This document shows positions 25,095-44,204 of a stretch of 64,000 nucleotides of DNA, in pieces. The position numbers were made by a program, and so were the translations under genes. Numbering within the stretch: the stretch's first letter is position 1; each line of letters begins with the position of its first letter. This DNA is from Dimorphilus gyrociliatus. Taxonomy: Eukaryota; Animalia; Annelida. Location of the stretch: NCBI GenBank assembly GCA_904063045.1, contig CAJFCJ010000011.1:1-64000 (forward strand), in the 5' to 3' direction. The notes below the pieces were generated by a model. It saw only the letters and a list, made by a program, of their open reading frames with translations. It was not told the origin of the DNA and searched no databases.

Positions 25095-25950
25095 ATGCCA
25101 AAAATTAGCTTGGATGTGAGAAAATTAGTGGTGGAAAAGAGGAAGGAGAAGATGTCAATGGATGAAATCGCAAAACAATTAAAAATTTCAAGGGGATCTG
25201 TCCATTATATAATAAAAAAGTTTGAGAAACATGGAACTATAAACAATTTATCCAAATTATGTACCCCAAAGATTCTAACGGAAAGGGAAGAGAGAAAAAT
25301 TTGCCAGATTTCAAAAAGAAATCCATTTTTAACAGCAAGAAATGTGCTGGAACATTTAGGACTAGGTTCCAAAATTTCACTGTCGACCTGCAAAAAGATT
25401 CTGCAAAAAAATGACCTTAAAGGCTACGTTGCAACAAGTAAGCCAGCACTAAAGCCTTGCCATGCAAGAAATAGAAAAGCTTTTTGTAACGCTATGCTAA
25501 ACAACAGTAAAGAAGATACTAATATAAACAAAATTATATTTTCTGATGAGAGTCAGATTTAGCTGTATCTAAAAAGGAGAATTTGGGTCCATAGGGGCAG
25601 TGATAAACGGTATGACCCAAAATATACAAAAAAGGCCATTCGAACAGCGAATGCTTCAATATCAATATAAAGGCTGATGGGACAAGAGCCATAAAATTAT
25701 ATGATGGATACATGGATAGCAATTTATACAGGGAAATAATCCAGGAGAAGCTCTTTCCAATTTTTGAGTAAGACAACCTGCTTATGCAGGATGGTGCCAA
25801 ATGTTATACATCGGCGTCTACAAGGAGGTTTCTCGAGAGAAACAACATTGAAGTTTTGGAAGACTGGCCTTCCAGAAGCCCAGAATTGAACATAATAGAA
25901 AATTTATGGGCTTACTTAAAAAATAGATTGCAAACCCATGTGTTAATTAG
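25095..25950 (+). pseudogene. Tc1-type transposase pseudogene (D-35-E spacing)
   Basis: Paired HTH domains and IIFSDES, then TAG at 25560-25562; a frameshift near 25665; a second stop; LMQDGAKC...VLEDWPSRSPELNIIENLW; the C-terminus is cut off by the right TIR. Confidence 0.92.
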
Positions 25951-26079
25951 TTGAATATGTTGATTACAAAGTCACAATTGCCATGTCTAATTATTGGATA
26001 GTAAACTTAATGTTATAGAAAAAATATTTTAACTAATTAAGAAAATAGCTGGACGTTTAAAAATGGGTTATCTGTACTG
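25951..26079 (-). repeat. Right terminal inverted repeat (129 bp)
   Basis: Exact reverse complement of 24773-24901 by manual comparison. Confidence 0.93.
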
Positions 26080-26503
26080 TATATATTTCTCTATCGTGCT
26101 TGCTCTACCGTTATATCATTTCATTTATATAATAAAAAAAAGAAATAGTGTACTCATTATTTTTTACATGTGAATGCCATCGATGAAAGAAAAAGAAATG
26201 CATATTTTTATTGCTCATACAAAGTGTATCTTCTTTTCTTTTTACGTTGTATACGTCAAATATATTTATATATATATATAAATATATATAAATATGTTTA
26301 TAGTATTAAAATTCTGCATTCTTAAGGTATGTAAAAAAAAAATCAAACAATTCAACAATATAAATCAATAATTTTAAAAACAGGAAGTATTTGACTATTC
26401 AAAAACATTTGAATAGGAAAAGTTGGTCCCTTTAGCGGTGGATATGTATATATTATATACCATATGTGATAATATATAGTTATAAATACTGCATATATTG
26501 GAA

Positions 26504-26504
<1 letters not shown>

Positions 26505-26540
<36 letters not shown>
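26505..26540. repeat. (TA)n microsatellite in the SLK 3' region
   Basis: About 18 TA units; similar tracts at about 3718-3733 and 29525-29549. Confidence 0.9.
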
Positions 26541-26543
<3 letters not shown>

Positions 26544-26628
26544 TATATATATACGTATACTTCATATATACATTTTACCTTTAAGATGTAATGTATAAGG
26601 ATAATAGTGAACTATACAAATTAATGTG

Positions 26629-33053
<6,425 letters not shown>

Positions 33054-33716
33054 CTTTTCTCATCACAAACGTTTTATAATTTTTTTGTACGAGCACTAAA
33101 CTGTCATCCCTTGTTTTTCGTTAAATCCTCTTCAAATATTTATTTTCTTTGGATATCGTAATAAATTGTCTTCAAAAAGAAGAGTTCTCGATAACTCTTA
33201 ATCAGGGAAGGTAAATCAAGGTAGAAGAAAGTTGCGTCTGCTAATGACGACTTAGTCACTTCTATTGATAAAGGTCACGAAGTGTAAAATAATAGGATGA
33301 TTAATAGAAAATTAAGAAGACTTCGATTCAAATGCTGCAATACAAATTTGGAGAATAATATAGCCGTCTGCAATGATTCGCACGTTAACCACAATAAATA
33401 AAGTTGAAACAATTTTTAAACGCCATTTTAGCATGAAACCACGCCTCGTCTAAAAGGTATCTGCGAGATGAAAAGTACATACTCTAATTTTGCTGCTTCT
33501 TCAAAGGGACTTTATACAATCTAAATTAGAGCTTAAATAAATTACCTTGGATATCCTGAGAAAGTTTGAAATAACATGAGAAAAATGTAATTCTAATTTT
33601 TAATTTGATGAGCATTCATTTCGCGGTTGTGTTTGAGAACGAAATAGCATTAGAGAATCTTGGATTTTCCAAATTTAGTACTAACTGGGTCCTATTTTCG
33701 ACAGCAAAACTAACTT

Positions 33717-34301
33717 ATGAATTCAACACAATCTAATAAATCGGAGTATCTGTCTACTGTCGATAGGCTATATGACTTATCTGAGAAACTGAAAACCCAA
33801 GATTTTGTTATCAACTTATATATCAATCGATTATGGAGAAAGGGCATTCAGGTTCCTGATCAATGTTTAGCAGCATCAAGCGAACATCAGCGCTATGCTA
33901 AAGTGGAGAAACATTTGAGGGAAAAATTAAGAAAGGTAGAAAAAGAGGAAGAATTGTGGAAAAGAAGAGCTAACGAACTGACAACCAAACTATTAGGTTT
34001 AGCTACACTTCAACATCAAAATCCCCCAGGAAATGTTCGTGAAAACCCCATATTTAATCAGCAGTTTCAGACTATGGTAGAAGATTTCAACGAAGAAGAG
34101 AAAGATAAAGTAGAAATAAACAAAAATATATCAAAATTAGAAAAACAAATTGAAAAATCTAAAAAACTGCTATCGAGTGCTGTATCAAGCACTGAACCTC
34201 AAGATGAAAAACTACGCAGGCTAGCAATAGAAAGAAAGGCAGCTGTTGACTCTGCTCCTTCTGGTACACAAGTCTACCAGGACACTCTTGATCAGAAATA
34301 G
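33717..34301 (+). CDS. Hypothetical coiled-coil protein (194 aa; an extra 3' exon is possible)
   Basis: Open frame with an in-frame stop just upstream of the ATG; heptad-rich KVEKHLREKLRKVEKEEELWKRRANEL; divergent from SLK. No family recognised. Confidence 0.6.
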   Translation: MNSTQSNKSEYLSTVDRLYDLSEKLKTQDFVINLYINRLWRKGIQVPDQCLAASSEHQRYAKVEKHLREKLRKVEKEEELWKRRANELTTKLLGLATLQHQNPPGNVRENPIFNQQFQTMVEDFNEEEKDKVEINKNISKLEKQIEKSKKLLSSAVSSTEPQDEKLRRLAIERKAAVDSAPSGTQVYQDTLDQK

Positions 34302-34525
34302 TAAAGTTTAATTAAAATATAATATATATTTCATTTTTCAGGGAGAAGATACATCAAACATTCTACATTTGGTAGAGTGGATAACAGTCAATATAAAAAA
34401 AATAACAAGTTTACATAATTTTAATTTTAAACAAATATTTCAAAGAAGAACATTACATTGCATGGCTTAATATTTACTGCGTGAGTAAGCTTGTTCTCTA
34501 TAAATAAATAAGACGATTTTGTTTT

Positions 34526-35695
34526 TTAAAATTTTGTAGTTTTTTCACTTTCTCTCTGTTTTTCGGCCTCATATTCTCTTTGTTTGAATTCAGAACTTTC
34601 ATTTTCCTTTGAAAACGAATAAATCAGTATTGAAATATTGATTAAATTATGCCTTTATTAGGTAAATACCTCTGCATTTCTTCTATTCACTTCATCAATT
34701 ATATATTGATATTTCGGAGATGTTATTCCAAAAAACCAAGCAAGCTTCTCACCAAGATAATCGGCAGCTGTCAGACAGAATTCAAATAAAACAAACTATT
34801 ATTTATATTTGTCAAAGATATTAGCCATTTTATTCTAACCATTTAAAGTTTTAAGACCAACATGCCGAAAGTAATAGCCTATCCAAGGAGCCCAGGTTAA
34901 GGTTTTCTGAAAGAAAAAACTGTATTTGGAAATTGTATATAACTTTTGTTTAAAAGTTATACGGGATCAACTGGTGGAGGTAATTCAACAGGCTCCTCTT
35001 CGTCTGTCGAGTATTCTTCATAAACACCATCGCTGCAGTACACTCTCCTTCTAGGCTCCTTCTTCTTACCAATAGTAATTGAGGTGTTTTCCTTTTGTAA
35101 ATGTATCTATAATAGAAAAATGGAAAAATGAATAATAAAAGCGTTTTTAAATGATCTTTTTTAAAGAGTACCGATGCAATATAAGTTACATATTTATTTT
35201 GAATTATTCAAAGTTCAATTTATATAATGTGCAGAAATAATTTAAACGTATGTTTACATTTTATGAAAGAAGACTATAGCTTTTTACTACTTTCTAATTA
35301 TTTTTGCAAATATCAAAGTGGAGTATTGTAACTTTCAGGTAAAATATATGGCTTTGTTTACTTGACGAATTGTAAACATCGCTTTGTAAAAAATATTAAA
35401 TCTCGCCATAGCTTACATCGATTATGAGAAGAAGTACATTTTTAAACTAGATTATTTTAACATGATAATAGTTAGATTATTGATTTCTCTTACTTATTTA
35501 AAAATAAGCTTTAAAAGGAGTTCATCTTAAAAATTTAAAGTGAGCAGCTATATTATCGCCCTCTATTTTCGACTTGAATTATTCAGTTTCGCTTTAACAA
35601 AACATTTTCTGAGCTATAATTGTTAATATAAAATAAAATTTTACCTCTGACATAGAAATTGTGGAGGGAGTAGGTGATGATTGTGAGTTTTCCAT
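34526..35695 (-). CDS. FAM177A1: FAM177 family protein
   Basis: MENSQSSPTPSTISMSE|...KKKEPRRRVYCSDGVYEEYSTDEEE...VDP|KTLTWAPWIGYY...ADYLGEKLAWFFGITSPKYQYIIDE. Simplest stop at 34528-34526; the 3' end is uncertain. Confidence 0.9.
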
Positions 35696-35946
35696 TATAA
35701 CAGATCACTCTAACTTCCCAGATCTATTTTCGCAACCGGAAGTATACAGTGAAAAAAAGCGGATGACACCATAATTTACATATTTTACACATGTATCGAG
35801 TTTGACACTTATATACTGGACAGGAGTGAAAATTGTAACTGCATAGCAACTTTTTGTTGTCTAGGCAACATTTTATAAAACGTATGATGCACAAAAGCTA
35901 ACAAAAAAAAACAGAGTACTAGAAACAGGAGATTAAAACAGAAGAA
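35696..35946. promoter_or_regulatory. Bidirectional promoter FAM177A1/NPRL2
   Basis: 251 bp between divergent ATGs; ACCGGAAGT at 35735-35743. Confidence 0.65.
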
Positions 35947-37404
35947 ATGTCATCGAAGTCAGAGGAAAGTGGTTTAAATGAAATAAAATGTATTTTTTTT
36001 AGCGAATTTGATCCTGAAATTGGACCATTAATTCGTTATCAGGTAATCTATTATTTTGAACCATGAAAATTTACTTTTTAATTAATGTCAGTTTGTATAT
36101 TCGAACTGAAAACAATTTTAATATCGCCCACTATAAAAAAATTATCTGTTTTCAGACGCCCCCTGACTATGTGAGCAAAGAACAGTTTGATTGTATCAGA
36201 AACTATGTTATTACTAAACAAGATTTACATAATAGAATAATAAATTTGTAAGTTAAGCACTTTTTTTCGGCTTATAAACAAGTCTCTTTGTTTCAGGAGA
36301 CTACTCGGTTTAAGAGTTGTGGGTTTACCTATGTCAATAGATAATAGAAAATATATAAGAAATGCCTTGATATTTAATTTAGCGTTCGTTTTTGATGAAA
36401 AGTTTGATGGTATAGCTTATGAACCCATCGTTGAGAAGATGGCGTATTATTTAAAAAAATTAGAGTCTGAAGAGGAATTCCTCTACATTAAGGAGAAGAA
36501 GAGTAGATTACCTGATATTTTGAAGGATATGAGGGAAGAACTAAACAAGAACGGATTCTGCGCCGTTCCACTTAGTATGTAAACCACATCAAGTCGTTTA
36601 AAAAAATATTTTCAAGATGAAAATTGGTATATTCCCGACAGCTGAATCTCTAACTGCTCATCTTTCTTTGGGGAGAACGTGGGACGTACCGCCCGAATTC
36701 GAGGAGCATGACGTTCCTATTTTTTATCCCGATTTAGAATACTTAAAATGCTGTGAGAGAGTTGATATAACTACAAGACAAGTTATGTCGTTAATCGATG
36801 GCAGAAGATATGTTACTGCTTTAGCATCCGATTCAAATATCCATAAAGATATTATAAAAGTCTGCTTAAAGAATTTATTGCATTTCAAAGTTATAACAAC
36901 GGTTCCTATGTTTCAAGTTAGTATGATATTTTCATCTTATAAGCCTATCTACAAGTTGCAATTTTATTCATATAGTATTCTAACACCTACGTCGTAACGG
37001 ATCAATTTAATGAAATATTTAAGGAGGATAAGAAATCAGAGTGCCAACGTTATGTTGCACTTATAGATACCTCCTTGCCGTCTATATCTGATATATTTTC
37101 TATTTTACTTGCCATAAAACCGGGTCTTACTGTAAAAGAATTATATAAACGTACACATCCAGAGTCATTGGGTATTGATCTCTTTCGGCTTATACAATGG
37201 GCTGTAATGCGAAAGGTCATACGACGCGTTCATAAATATCCTGTTATGAAAAAGACTTGCACTCTGGGTGAAAGGAAACTAATATACGATTATTGTGACG
37301 GCCATTACTGTAGTGATAAAATTTGTTGCGAAAGGCAAATTGACTATAGCCAGTTGGAGGCTGAAATAGAAGAGGATGAGCTTCTTGTGACAATCTGCAA
37401 ATGA
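35947..37404 (+). CDS. NPRL2: GATOR1 subunit NPRL2
   Basis: IKCIFFSEFDPEIGPLIRYQ|TPPDY...YIRNALIFNLAFVF...PL|TESLTAHL...EHDVPIF...DITTRQVMSLIDG...YCDGHYCSDKICCE; ends ICK*. Confidence 0.95.
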
Positions 37405-38050
37405 ATATTGGTTAAATTCTTTTTTCAATAATTTAATGATTATTGTTTTTTTCTCTTCTAAATACTTTTTAATTCAAATAAAAAAGAACTAAAATTTTTA
37501 GATGACTCATCAAAACCATAGAAAAAAGGAGAAAAACAAGATAATTTATATAGATAGATGTGTATTCCTCTGCTGGTTTTTTTTCCTGTTATCTTTGTTA
37601 TTATATTAAAAAGAAGTTTTCTCTATTGTTTTTCTTTTCCTTTACTTTCTATGTCTAGAAGATCTAAGAATTAAAGTATGATGATAGAAAGAGAAGTAAG
37701 AGAGAAAGATATAAAGAAATTAATATATAAACATATATAGAGGAGTTATCGCTTATGAAATATAAAAAGAGATATTTATAGAGAACGTGTGAGGAGGGAA
37801 GAACAGAAAGGAACTAAAAGATTAAAATTTCTTTTTTTTTTTTAAACAAGTTTTTTCTTTTTTGTAATTAAACTAAAATTTTCATTTTTTTTTAATTCGT
37901 GTATTCTATTTATACATGTTTACTTTTTTTCTTTTTAATAATTATTAATGTTAATCCAAATCTGAAATATTAATAATATAATATGAAGTCATTATTTATA
38001 AATTTTGAAAATTTGAAATAATTATCTGACCTTCACCCTTTTAGAAAAAG

Positions 38051-39052
38051 ATGGCAGTAGAAGAATTAAAAGTTACTAGTTCTATTTCACCAAGGAAACT
38101 ATTTAAGAGAATTCCATTAACAAATCAACATAAAGCTTTTCTTATTGCTCAAGTACTATGTTTTGTATTGTGCATCATTACTGTCTCTCTTTCTGGCGCT
38201 AGTTTATCAATTGTCAGAAGTGATTCTATTATAAAAGTTTTCTCTGTTCTATACAGAGAGGGTAACATAGAAGAAATGTCACCTTTGGCAATATCCCATC
38301 TATTAATACTTATTGGGGGTACTTTTACTATATTATTTACAATAATTGGTTTTATAGCAGCTGTAAAGAATTTAGGCACATTGTTGGAAATTTATATTAT
38401 TGCTGTTAATATTTTATTCTTGATACAAAGTTCATCTATTGTTCTTTCGTCAAATTTCTATGTACAAATCGGTAAAGAATTAGGTGAAAGTATGAAAATT
38501 CATATAAATGATTATTATAAGAACGAAGCTCACTTGATTAATGGTAAATTAAATTTTCTAAATGATCATATTGCAATGGCATGGGATATTGCCCAGTTTC
38601 ACGTTGGTTTATTATTATATTTTCATTCCTTTTCCAGTTTAATTGATATATAATTATTACAGTTCAACTGTTGCGGAGTTAGAAAATCCCATATCGATTT
38701 CTCAACTAGCCCACAATCGTTTAAGTCGGCATTGTGGAATCATAGTTCTATTGATCCAGGTGTTAAGTTTCAAATTAATTTTCCTCCTAGCTGCTGTAAA
38801 TCTTTAAGCGGTACAACATATCCTTTTAATAAAGATTCAACGTCCTTGGGTATGATTGTTGCGGGAAACTGGAAACAATGCCTAGTTGAAGGAGATCCTG
38901 TTTATACCCATACGACATCTTGTTTCGAAAAAATTCGTGATAGAATTCGAAAATACTCCCAATATGCTCTGGGTTCAGCAACTTTTAATTCCGCAGCTCA
39001 TATTATTAGTATTATTACCGGTCTCCGATTAATTAGAATCGTTCCAAACTAG
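38051..39052 (+). CDS. Tetraspanin (divergent)
   Basis: Three N-terminal hydrophobic helices, intron about 38604-38661, large extracellular loop with FNCCG, PPSCC and two further Cys, then a fourth TM helix. Confidence 0.88.
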
Positions 39053-39425
39053 TATTCATATTCACCTTTTGGATTCAAACTTGTCATCATACGTCAGTAG
39101 CGTTAATAATAAAAAACAACAACCAAACGATAGTTAAAAGTACCAGAATGTACAAATTTGTTTGATAAGTAAATACAAACACCTCAGTATTATTCATTTT
39201 AATGATGAATGGTATATTCAAAACAAGATTGAAGCTGCATGGATTCACTTGTTTAACATGTTCAAATATAATTCTAAACAGTTACAATTCCAGTGAGCAA
39301 TCCATAGTTAATCTATTTATATACAACTGTTTATAGATAAAATATTTATTAACAAGTTTTAAACTAGGAAAATCAGTCTTTCTTTTCAGTAGTCAAAAAA
39401 GAATATTTATATTTTTCTTAAAACG

Positions 39426-41016
39426 TTAATGCTGGGACCATTTGATTTCCTTCAAGTCTATTCCTTCTTGAACCATTTCCCATAGAGGGCTAAATATGAA
39501 AAAAAATTACATATTAAAATATTTCATATTCTTTGAAATTAAATCGAGTTACCTCATATCCCTGAGCCTGGATACTGTATCAATACATCTTTGAGCAGTG
39601 TATTCTACCTCTTTATCCGTAGTGAATCTACCAATACCGAATCTAATAGAAGAGTGGGCCAATTCTTCATCAGTACCGATAGCTCTCAGTACATATGACG
39701 GTTCAAGAGATGCCGAAGTGCAAGCACTTCCACTAGACACTGCCACTTCTTTGATTGCCATTAAAATGCTTTCTCCTTCGACGAATGAGAATGAGAAATT
39801 AACACATCCTGGGTAACATTCTTCGCTATCACCATTTCTAACGACATGACTGATACCATTAGTTATTTTGTTTACCAGTTTCTTAGATAATCTTGAAACA
39901 TGTTGATAGTCATATTCCATATCATTTAAAGAGATTTCACAGGCAGCACCTAAGCCCACAACTAGGGGAGTAGGTACTGTTCCACTTCTCATGCCTCTCT
40001 CCTGACCACCTCCGCTCTGTATAGGGTCAAGGCGAACTCTTGGTCTTCTTCTCACGTATAAAGCTCCAACACCCTTTGGTCCGTACATTTTATGGCCGCT
40101 TATTGACATTAAATCAATTTTCATCTCGTTAACATCTATCGGAATTTTACCCACTGCTTGGGCAGCATCGGTATGCAAGAACACTTTTTTAGCCCGACAA
40201 ATTTCTCCAATTTCTTTAATTGGTTGTTTAACACCAATTTCGTTGTTGACAAACATAATTGAAACTAAACTAGTATTGTCTTTTATTGCCTTCTCCAAAT
40301 CCTCCACACGTATAATTCCATTTTCTTGAACTGGAAGATAAGTAACTTCAAATCCTTCGGTTTCTAAAACTCGACAGCTATCCAATACACATTTATGTTC
40401 CTATTAAAAAGTCATTGAGTATTAGAACAAAACGTTTATATTTTCCTTCAAGATCTTACGATTTGCGTAGTGATGATATGGTTCTTACGATTCTTATAAA
40501 ATCTTCCAACACCTTTAACAGCTATATTATTTGACTCTGTAGCTCCACTTGTAAAGACAATTTCTCTTGGATCGGCACCGATAAGTTTTGCCACTTGCTC
40601 TCTGGCTTTTTCAACTGCAGCTTCACTTTCCCATCCATAAGCATGCGTTCTAGAGTGAGGATTTCCAAACTGTGCAACATTAAACGGTAGCATCGCATCT
40701 AATACTCTTGGATCCTAGTTAATAAAAAAAAACGTGGTTGTAAAAGCATACTCACTATTCGTTGATTTTAAGAGAAACTTACCAAAGGACATGTTGCCTG
40801 CACATCCAAATAAACAGGTTTAAATTCGGGAATTTCCTTATCTATTATTAAATAGGATAAACATTATTGTAAATCTATTAATCTTTTTCAAATTTTACCA
40901 CTTGAGGGTTGCAGATTTGAACTAGCTGAAAATCCTCGATTAAATCCATTTATTCCAATAAATTGCTTAGGATTAAGATTTCTAACAATTCTCGACAATG
41001 TGCCAAATTTTAACAT
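39426..41016 (-). CDS. NFS1: Cysteine desulfurase, mitochondrial
   Basis: [88 protein letters not shown]; ends IKWSQH*. Confidence 0.98.
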
Positions 41017-41360
41017 GGCAATGGCTGAAATAGTACTTAAATTTCAAAATAAAGGCTGATATTCGAAGTTACTGATGCAAGTTATAAGTCAACCGGAAGC
41101 CAAGAAGATTGAGCGATATTAGGATATTTGTGGCTTTTTACTAGGACTGATATTCCTTCAACCAAAAGTGTGGTTACAAATCACTCATCAAACAATTTTT
41201 CTGATTGGATCTCTTACGAAAATTTATGTAAAATGAAAAACAAGTCTTTTTAGAATTTTAAAAATGGCTTACTTGTCATTTAGTCAGAGGCCATGAGTAT
41301 TTTTTTACAACAGCCTACCTCAACTCTAGCTGTTGTCTTGGTAGCATTTGTAAACAAAAC
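41017..41360. promoter_or_regulatory. Bidirectional promoter NFS1/SPAG16 with ETS and X-box-like sites
   Basis: ACCGGAAGC at 41092-41100; imperfect RFX X-box GTTGTCTTGGTAGC at 41332-41345, just before the ciliary SPAG16 ATG. Confidence 0.55.
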
Positions 41361-44204
41361 ATGGCTGCGCTGGAAGCCGAACCTCCAGAACGATTCTATT
41401 TGGAACGTATCCTTTGATAATACTTTTTTTGATGGTCTAGAAATGCATTAATTATTAAATGATCATTTGAGATCAAAAATAATTTCTTAAATTATATCTT
41501 TCTAAACTTAATTTAGTTTTCTTGAAGTCCGCTTTAGACTTCATAAAGTTCATCCAGCTTCTATTACCATAGTGATAATAATTAGAAGTAACCTATCTGA
41601 CTCTTTTTTTTATACTTAATGTACAAAATATACTATTTCAGACAAACTAACACAATTCATTTGAAATTATCGTGTTTTTCAAAATTAAGTAGAAATTATG
41701 TTAAAACACTGTTTATTGTCAGTCATCCTTAACTTATCTTGAAATTAGGAAGGGAAATTTTTGAGGATACAGATACCGACTTTCCTTATGAAGAAATACC
41801 TGTTGACGATGAATTTAAAACCTCTGGTAAGAATATTTTAGTTCTATTTTTCTTTTGAAGACCATGGATAGTCTAACTGTGTGTCTTAGTAGAAATCGAT
41901 GAGGATCTCGAAACAGCAGTTAGAACAATCAGGGAAGCTGAGGAGGATTGTAAAGCTAAGGTTTAACATTTCACACACAACTCTTTTTTAATATAAACAA
42001 AATTCTATCTTAACTAATCTTAGGAGCAAAGAGATGCTGAGAGAGCATCAGCAACGCTAGTAGAAACTGCAGAAGTAACAGATGATTTTGTCCGTAATTT
42101 CCTAGTTAAGATGAAAATGGAAAAAACCTTAGATTGCTTTCAAACGGAATGGTATGAAAATTTACAGAAAGGTCGACTCAATATGGAAGATGTTGGATTA
42201 GTTCCAGATGTTTATTTAAAAAACCAGAAATTAGATCATGATTTGAAGCATTATAGGTCTCAAATGGAAAAATATAAGGAAGCAGCTCTGTAAATATTAT
42301 TTTAATTCTTTTTTTTCTTTTTACTATCAACAAAATATTTATGTTTATTTTAGGCAAGCAAAAGAAACTTATATCAAACTGAGAAAAGAGAGAGATTATC
42401 ATAGGATGCATCATAAAAGAGTTGTACAAGAGAAGAATAAATTAATTCAGGATATTAAAAAGTATTGAATATTGTTTTTATGTTATTATCTATTAAAATG
42501 AAGAATTTTCTTACGAAATCATTTAGATTGAAGCATCATTACGCGTCTTATGAACCAACTTTGAAACAACTCAAAAGTAAATATGAATCTGCGATGAAAG
42601 AGAAAATGTTAACTAGATTAGAAAGAGATAGAGCAGTTGGACAAGTTTGTTTTATACTTTCGTCAATAATATATAGATGATTTATTAAATATGTTCTTTT
42701 ATTGTTATTATTATTACAGATTCAGGGATTACAATCCACTATTCGGACAATGGAAACCTGCAGAACTGGAAGTTCTAGAGATCAAGAAAGTGAAGGATTA
42801 AGACCTGTACAGAGAGGTAGTGCTGTGCTAATGGTTGATGAAAAGGGTCGTGGACCTACTCAAAGAAGTTTGCTGAAGGAAAGAAGCAGCGCCAATAATG
42901 ATGGTGAAACAACTCAATTGAGACCAGATATTAATCAGAGATCCCAATTCCCAATCGACACAAGAGTCAATCCACTTTTGAACGAAGTTCGACAATCGGC
43001 CCACACTAAGAGAGCAGGTGGTTTAAGACTATCTCATAGTTTCCAAGGACATTCTCACGCTATTAGCGGGTAAGACCTATCTAGTTTTTACATGTTCCAG
43101 ACTCATCAATATCATCATTGAAACTTTTACCGCAGGGTCAAAATGCATCCAAAGAAACAAATCCTAGCAACTGCTAGTGACGATTCCACATGGAAATTAT
43201 TTACAGTACCAGGAGGAGAACTAATTATGACGGGAGAAGGGCATCAAGATTGGGTTTCTGACTGCGATTTTCATCCTGAGTAAGAGAAAAATCGGAATGT
43301 AAATTCTTTAATTCTTATTGAATTCTTTTTATCTTGCAGTGGCACGAAATTAGTAACGGGAAGTGGAGATACAACAGTAAAAATATGGGATTTTACGAAG
43401 GGTAGTTGTATGCATACTTTTATGGAGCACAAGCACGCAGTTTGGGGAACAACTTGGCATTCCTGCGGAGATTTTATTGCAACATGTTCTATGGATAATA
43501 CATCAAAAATTTGGGATATTAACTCTCTAGAATGTAGACATACTTTACGAGGACACGCTGATTCTGTTAATAGCATAGAGTTTTTAGCCTACTCTAATAC
43601 TTTGTTAACGGCTTCAGCTGACAAGACAATTTCTCTATGGGATGCTAGAACGGTAAATATAGATGATAAATTCATAATTGTAATTATACTTTCTTGTCTC
43701 CAATAGGCAATATGTGCACAAACATTCTACGGTCATATGCACTCTGTTAACAGTGCTTGTTTCAACTTAAAGGTTAGTTTTAAATCATCCATGCCCAATT
43801 AGATAAATAACGATTATTTTCGCTCAAAATAGGGAGATACTGTGGCATCTTGCGACAGCTATGGAGTTGTTAAACTTTGGGACGTAAGAGCTGTTGCACC
43901 AATGCTTACTATTGATGTAGGCCCGCATCCAAGTAATAAAGTCCAGTTCGATCCTTCCTCTTCCGTTCTTGCTATTGCTTGCAACGATTCAATCGTTAGG
44001 ATTTACGAAGTCGCAACAGGAAAGGTATGCATCAGTTTCTTATTTCTTATAATATGCTTGACAGATCGATTGATATTCTCTTATATAATATAGATATCTG
44101 AATTAATTGGCCATACTGATGCCGTCCAGTGCTTGACATTCGACAGAGCAGGAGAGTTCTTAGTGACTGGAGGAAGCGACTTGAACGTTCGAATTTGGAC
44201 CTAA
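41361..44204 (+). CDS. SPAG16: Sperm-associated antigen 16 (PF20, central-apparatus WD40 protein)
   Basis: FYLE...YEEIPVDD, DDFVRNFLVKMKMEKTLDCFQTEWYE, KERDYHRMHHKRVVQEKNKL, HYASYEPT, WD40 repeats; TAA at 44202-44204. Confidence 0.95.
41407..41748 (+). other. U12-type (minor spliceosome) GT-AG intron, SPAG16 intron 1
   Basis: 5' splice site GTATCCTTT at 41407; branch point TCCTTAAC at 41726-41733; AG at 41747-41748; the phase-1 join keeps the frame (FYLE-R-REIFED). Confidence 0.9.

Larger units (their letters stand above)
24773..26079 (+). mobile_element. Tc1/mariner DNA transposon, defective, 1307 bp, TA target-site duplication
   Basis: Perfect 129-bp TIRs starting CAGTACAGATAACCC at 24773-24901 and 25951-26079; flanked by TA (24771-24772, 26080-26081); internal transposase remnant. 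Confidence 0.95.

Noticed and set aside
26500-26565. Hairpin GAAGTATA...(TA)n...TATACTTC as a miRNA precursor
   Set aside because: The pairing is driven by a self-complementary TA microsatellite.
34467-34470. Apparent second TTAA stop-codon overlap between the 33717 gene and FAM177A1
   Set aside because: Recounting the A/T runs puts the simplest FAM177A1 stop at 34528-34526, and the extra exon of the 33717 gene is unproven.
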